Below, in pieces: positions 62,770 through 64,000 of a stretch of 64,000 nucleotides of DNA. Every line of letters starts with the position of its first letter. Within the stretch, counting starts at the first letter, position 1. The DNA is from a virus. Taxonomy: Duplodnaviria; Caudoviricetes. The translations under genes and the position numbers were made by a program. The notes below the pieces were generated by a model. The model was given only the letters and a program-made list of their open reading frames with translations. It was not told where the DNA came from and did not search any database. The stretch lies in IMG/VR virus record IMGVR_UViG_3300020577_013934, positions 1-64,000 of that record, one strand, 5' to 3'.

Positions 62770-64000
62770 TCAGCCCTGGCGCAGCTGCGCCACGTAGCCC
62801 TCGCGCAGCTCTTCCGGCATGCCCGCGAGCGCGATCACGTGGGCGCGCTTCTCGTTCTGCGACATCGTCGCCGGGAGCTGGCCGCCCCACTTCGCCGCCG
62901 CTGCCTTCACGGTGGCGTCGAAGCTCGCGCTCTTGGTCTCGCGCGCAGGCGTGGTGTCGGGGTTGGTCTTCTCCGGCCCCTTCGGCGCGTCCATCGAGGC
63001 GCCGACGTGCCCCACGTTGGGCATGTCGGTCTTGCCGTTGCCCTTGAGGTACTCCTCGGTCTTGCGGTTCTCCTGGTCGAGCTCCGCGTTGGCGTTGTCC
63101 TTCGCCGCGCTCTCGGGCGTGTTCTCGCCCACGTCGTTCAGCGAGCCGTCCGCCGCCGCCTTCAGCACGGCGAGCAGCTGCGCCTCCTTCGAGGACTCGT
63201 CCTTGCCCTTGCTGGCGGCGTGCATGGCCGCCGCACCGCCGGCCGCGCCCACGGCCGCGCCCACGGCCGCGCCGGGCCCGTGCTTCTTGGCCGCGCTCGC
63301 GATGGCGCCGCCCGCGTTCTTGGCCTTGTCCTTGGCCTTCGCCGCCGCCGCGCCGACCGCGCCCTTCGCCTTGGTCGCCGCGCCGCTCACGGCCTTGCCC
63401 GCGTCCTTGGCCTTGCCCTTGAGGCCCTTCATCAGGTCCTTCATGGCCGCGACCTTCGGGTCGGACTCGCCGCCCTCGTCGCCGCCCATGTCGGGCGGGC
63501 CGTGGTCGTCGCCGCCGTCGGGCGCGCCGTCGTCGTCGTCGCCGTCGAGCAACCCGTGCTCCATGAGCACCTGCTCGATCGCCGCGACGAGCGCCGGGTC
63601 GGGCTCGGCGCCGTGCGCCTGCTGCGCGCCCATCACGTGGTCGAGCATCCCGTCGAGCTCCTCGGCGGTCTTCACGTTCTGGACGATGTGCGCCATCACT
63701 TCGAGGCCGGCCGTCCCGCCCTCGGCGAGCGCCGCCGACGCGAGCACCAGCTTCGGCGTCACCGCCGCCTCGCGCTTCGCGAGGCCCTGCACGAACGTCG
63801 CGGCGCGCGCGACCTTCTCCTGGGCCTGCTTGTCGAGGTGCGTGAGGCTGTTGTTGATGGCCGGGCCCTTGGGCGCCATCGGGTGCGGCATCTGCTTGCC
63901 GATCACGCCGCCCTCGGGCATGTCGGTCTTGCCCATGCCGACGAGGTACTGGAGCGACGACCGGTTCTTCTGGTCGAGTGCCGCGACCGCGCTGGTCTGC
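62770..64000 (-). CDS. Partial (starts beyond right edge) K-x-A scaffold-like protein with duplicated YLxGxGKTDMP motif
   Basis: Frame open to window end; KQA, KTA, KEA, KSA motifs; GAAV repeats. Confidence 0.8.
   Translation of the reverse strand, partial: QTSAVAALDQKNRSSLQYLVGMGKTDMPEGGVIGKQMPHPMAPKGPAINNSLTHLDKQAQEKVARAATFVQGLAKREAAVTPKLVLASAALAEGGTAGLEVMAHIVQNVKTAEELDGMLDHVMGAQQAHGAEPDPALVAAIEQVLMEHGLLDGDDDDGAPDGGDDHGPPDMGGDEGGESDPKVAAMKDLMKGLKGKAKDAGKAVSGAATKAKGAVGAAAAKAKDKAKNAGGAIASAAKKHGPGAAVGAAVGAAGGAAAMHAASKGKDESSKEAQLLAVLKAAADGSLNDVGENTPESAAKDNANAELDQENRKTEEYLKGNGKTDMPNVGHVGASMDAPKGPEKTNPDTTPARETKSASFDATVKAAAAKWGGQLPATMSQNEKRAHVIALAGMPEELREGYVAQLRQG

Noticed and set aside
1-64000. 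Genome-wide TAG-to-Gln recoding (genetic code 15)
   Set aside because: Long genes (sheath, protease, 884-aa protein) are intact in code 11, and several TAGs overlap the next gene's promoter or SD. Only about 4 of 15 TAG stops are in frame with the next gene, which is near chance.
1-64000. Integrase, IS elements, rRNA, terminase, portal, DNA polymerase
   Set aside because: No recognisable motifs in this window; they may lie elsewhere in the genome.

Overview
This 64-kb window is a gene-dense, high-GC (roughly 68-70% by eye) segment of a large lytic bacteriophage with a contractile tail. It is not bacterial chromosome. Layout: 1-2.1 kb holds leftward genes. 2.1-2.6 kb is a non-coding AT-rich element bracketed by ~80-bp inverted repeats (origin candidate). 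3-10 kb and 17.6-25.5 kb are rightward early/accessory genes, including YspA/SLOG, HAD, RyR-domain, N4BP2-like P-loop kinase and a Cys-rich myxobacterial-type lipoprotein. 10.1-15.9 kb is a lower-GC tail-fibre/accessory module. A translation cluster comprises tRNA-Asn, tmRNA, Pth2-like peptidyl-tRNA hydrolase and an amber-suppressor tRNA(CUA), with HNH genes beside the tRNAs. 27-37 kb has patatin, alpha/beta hydrolase, ATP-grasp, InPase-like, thymidine kinase and amidase endolysin genes. 38-64 kb is a leftward morphogenesis operon: spike, tube, 1079-aa sheath, neck proteins, major capsid, prohead protease and many K-x-A-motif head proteins. The host is inferred to be a myxobacterium (lipoprotein type, one-piece tmRNA with ANDN tag). 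Most striking unexplained signals: (1) a 10-bp motif ACGNCGTAAA present 25 times at about 1-5 kb spacing (about 2 kb in the right half), written into coding sequence with otherwise rare codons; (2) an in-frame TGA followed by a bacterial-SECIS-like hairpin; (3) an amber suppressor plus tmRNA, Pth2 and an amber-terminated minigene in an otherwise standard-code genome; (4) about 18 genes with leaderless TANNNT promoters and a phage-specific promoter/operator class. All functional calls come from remembered motifs; no searches were run.
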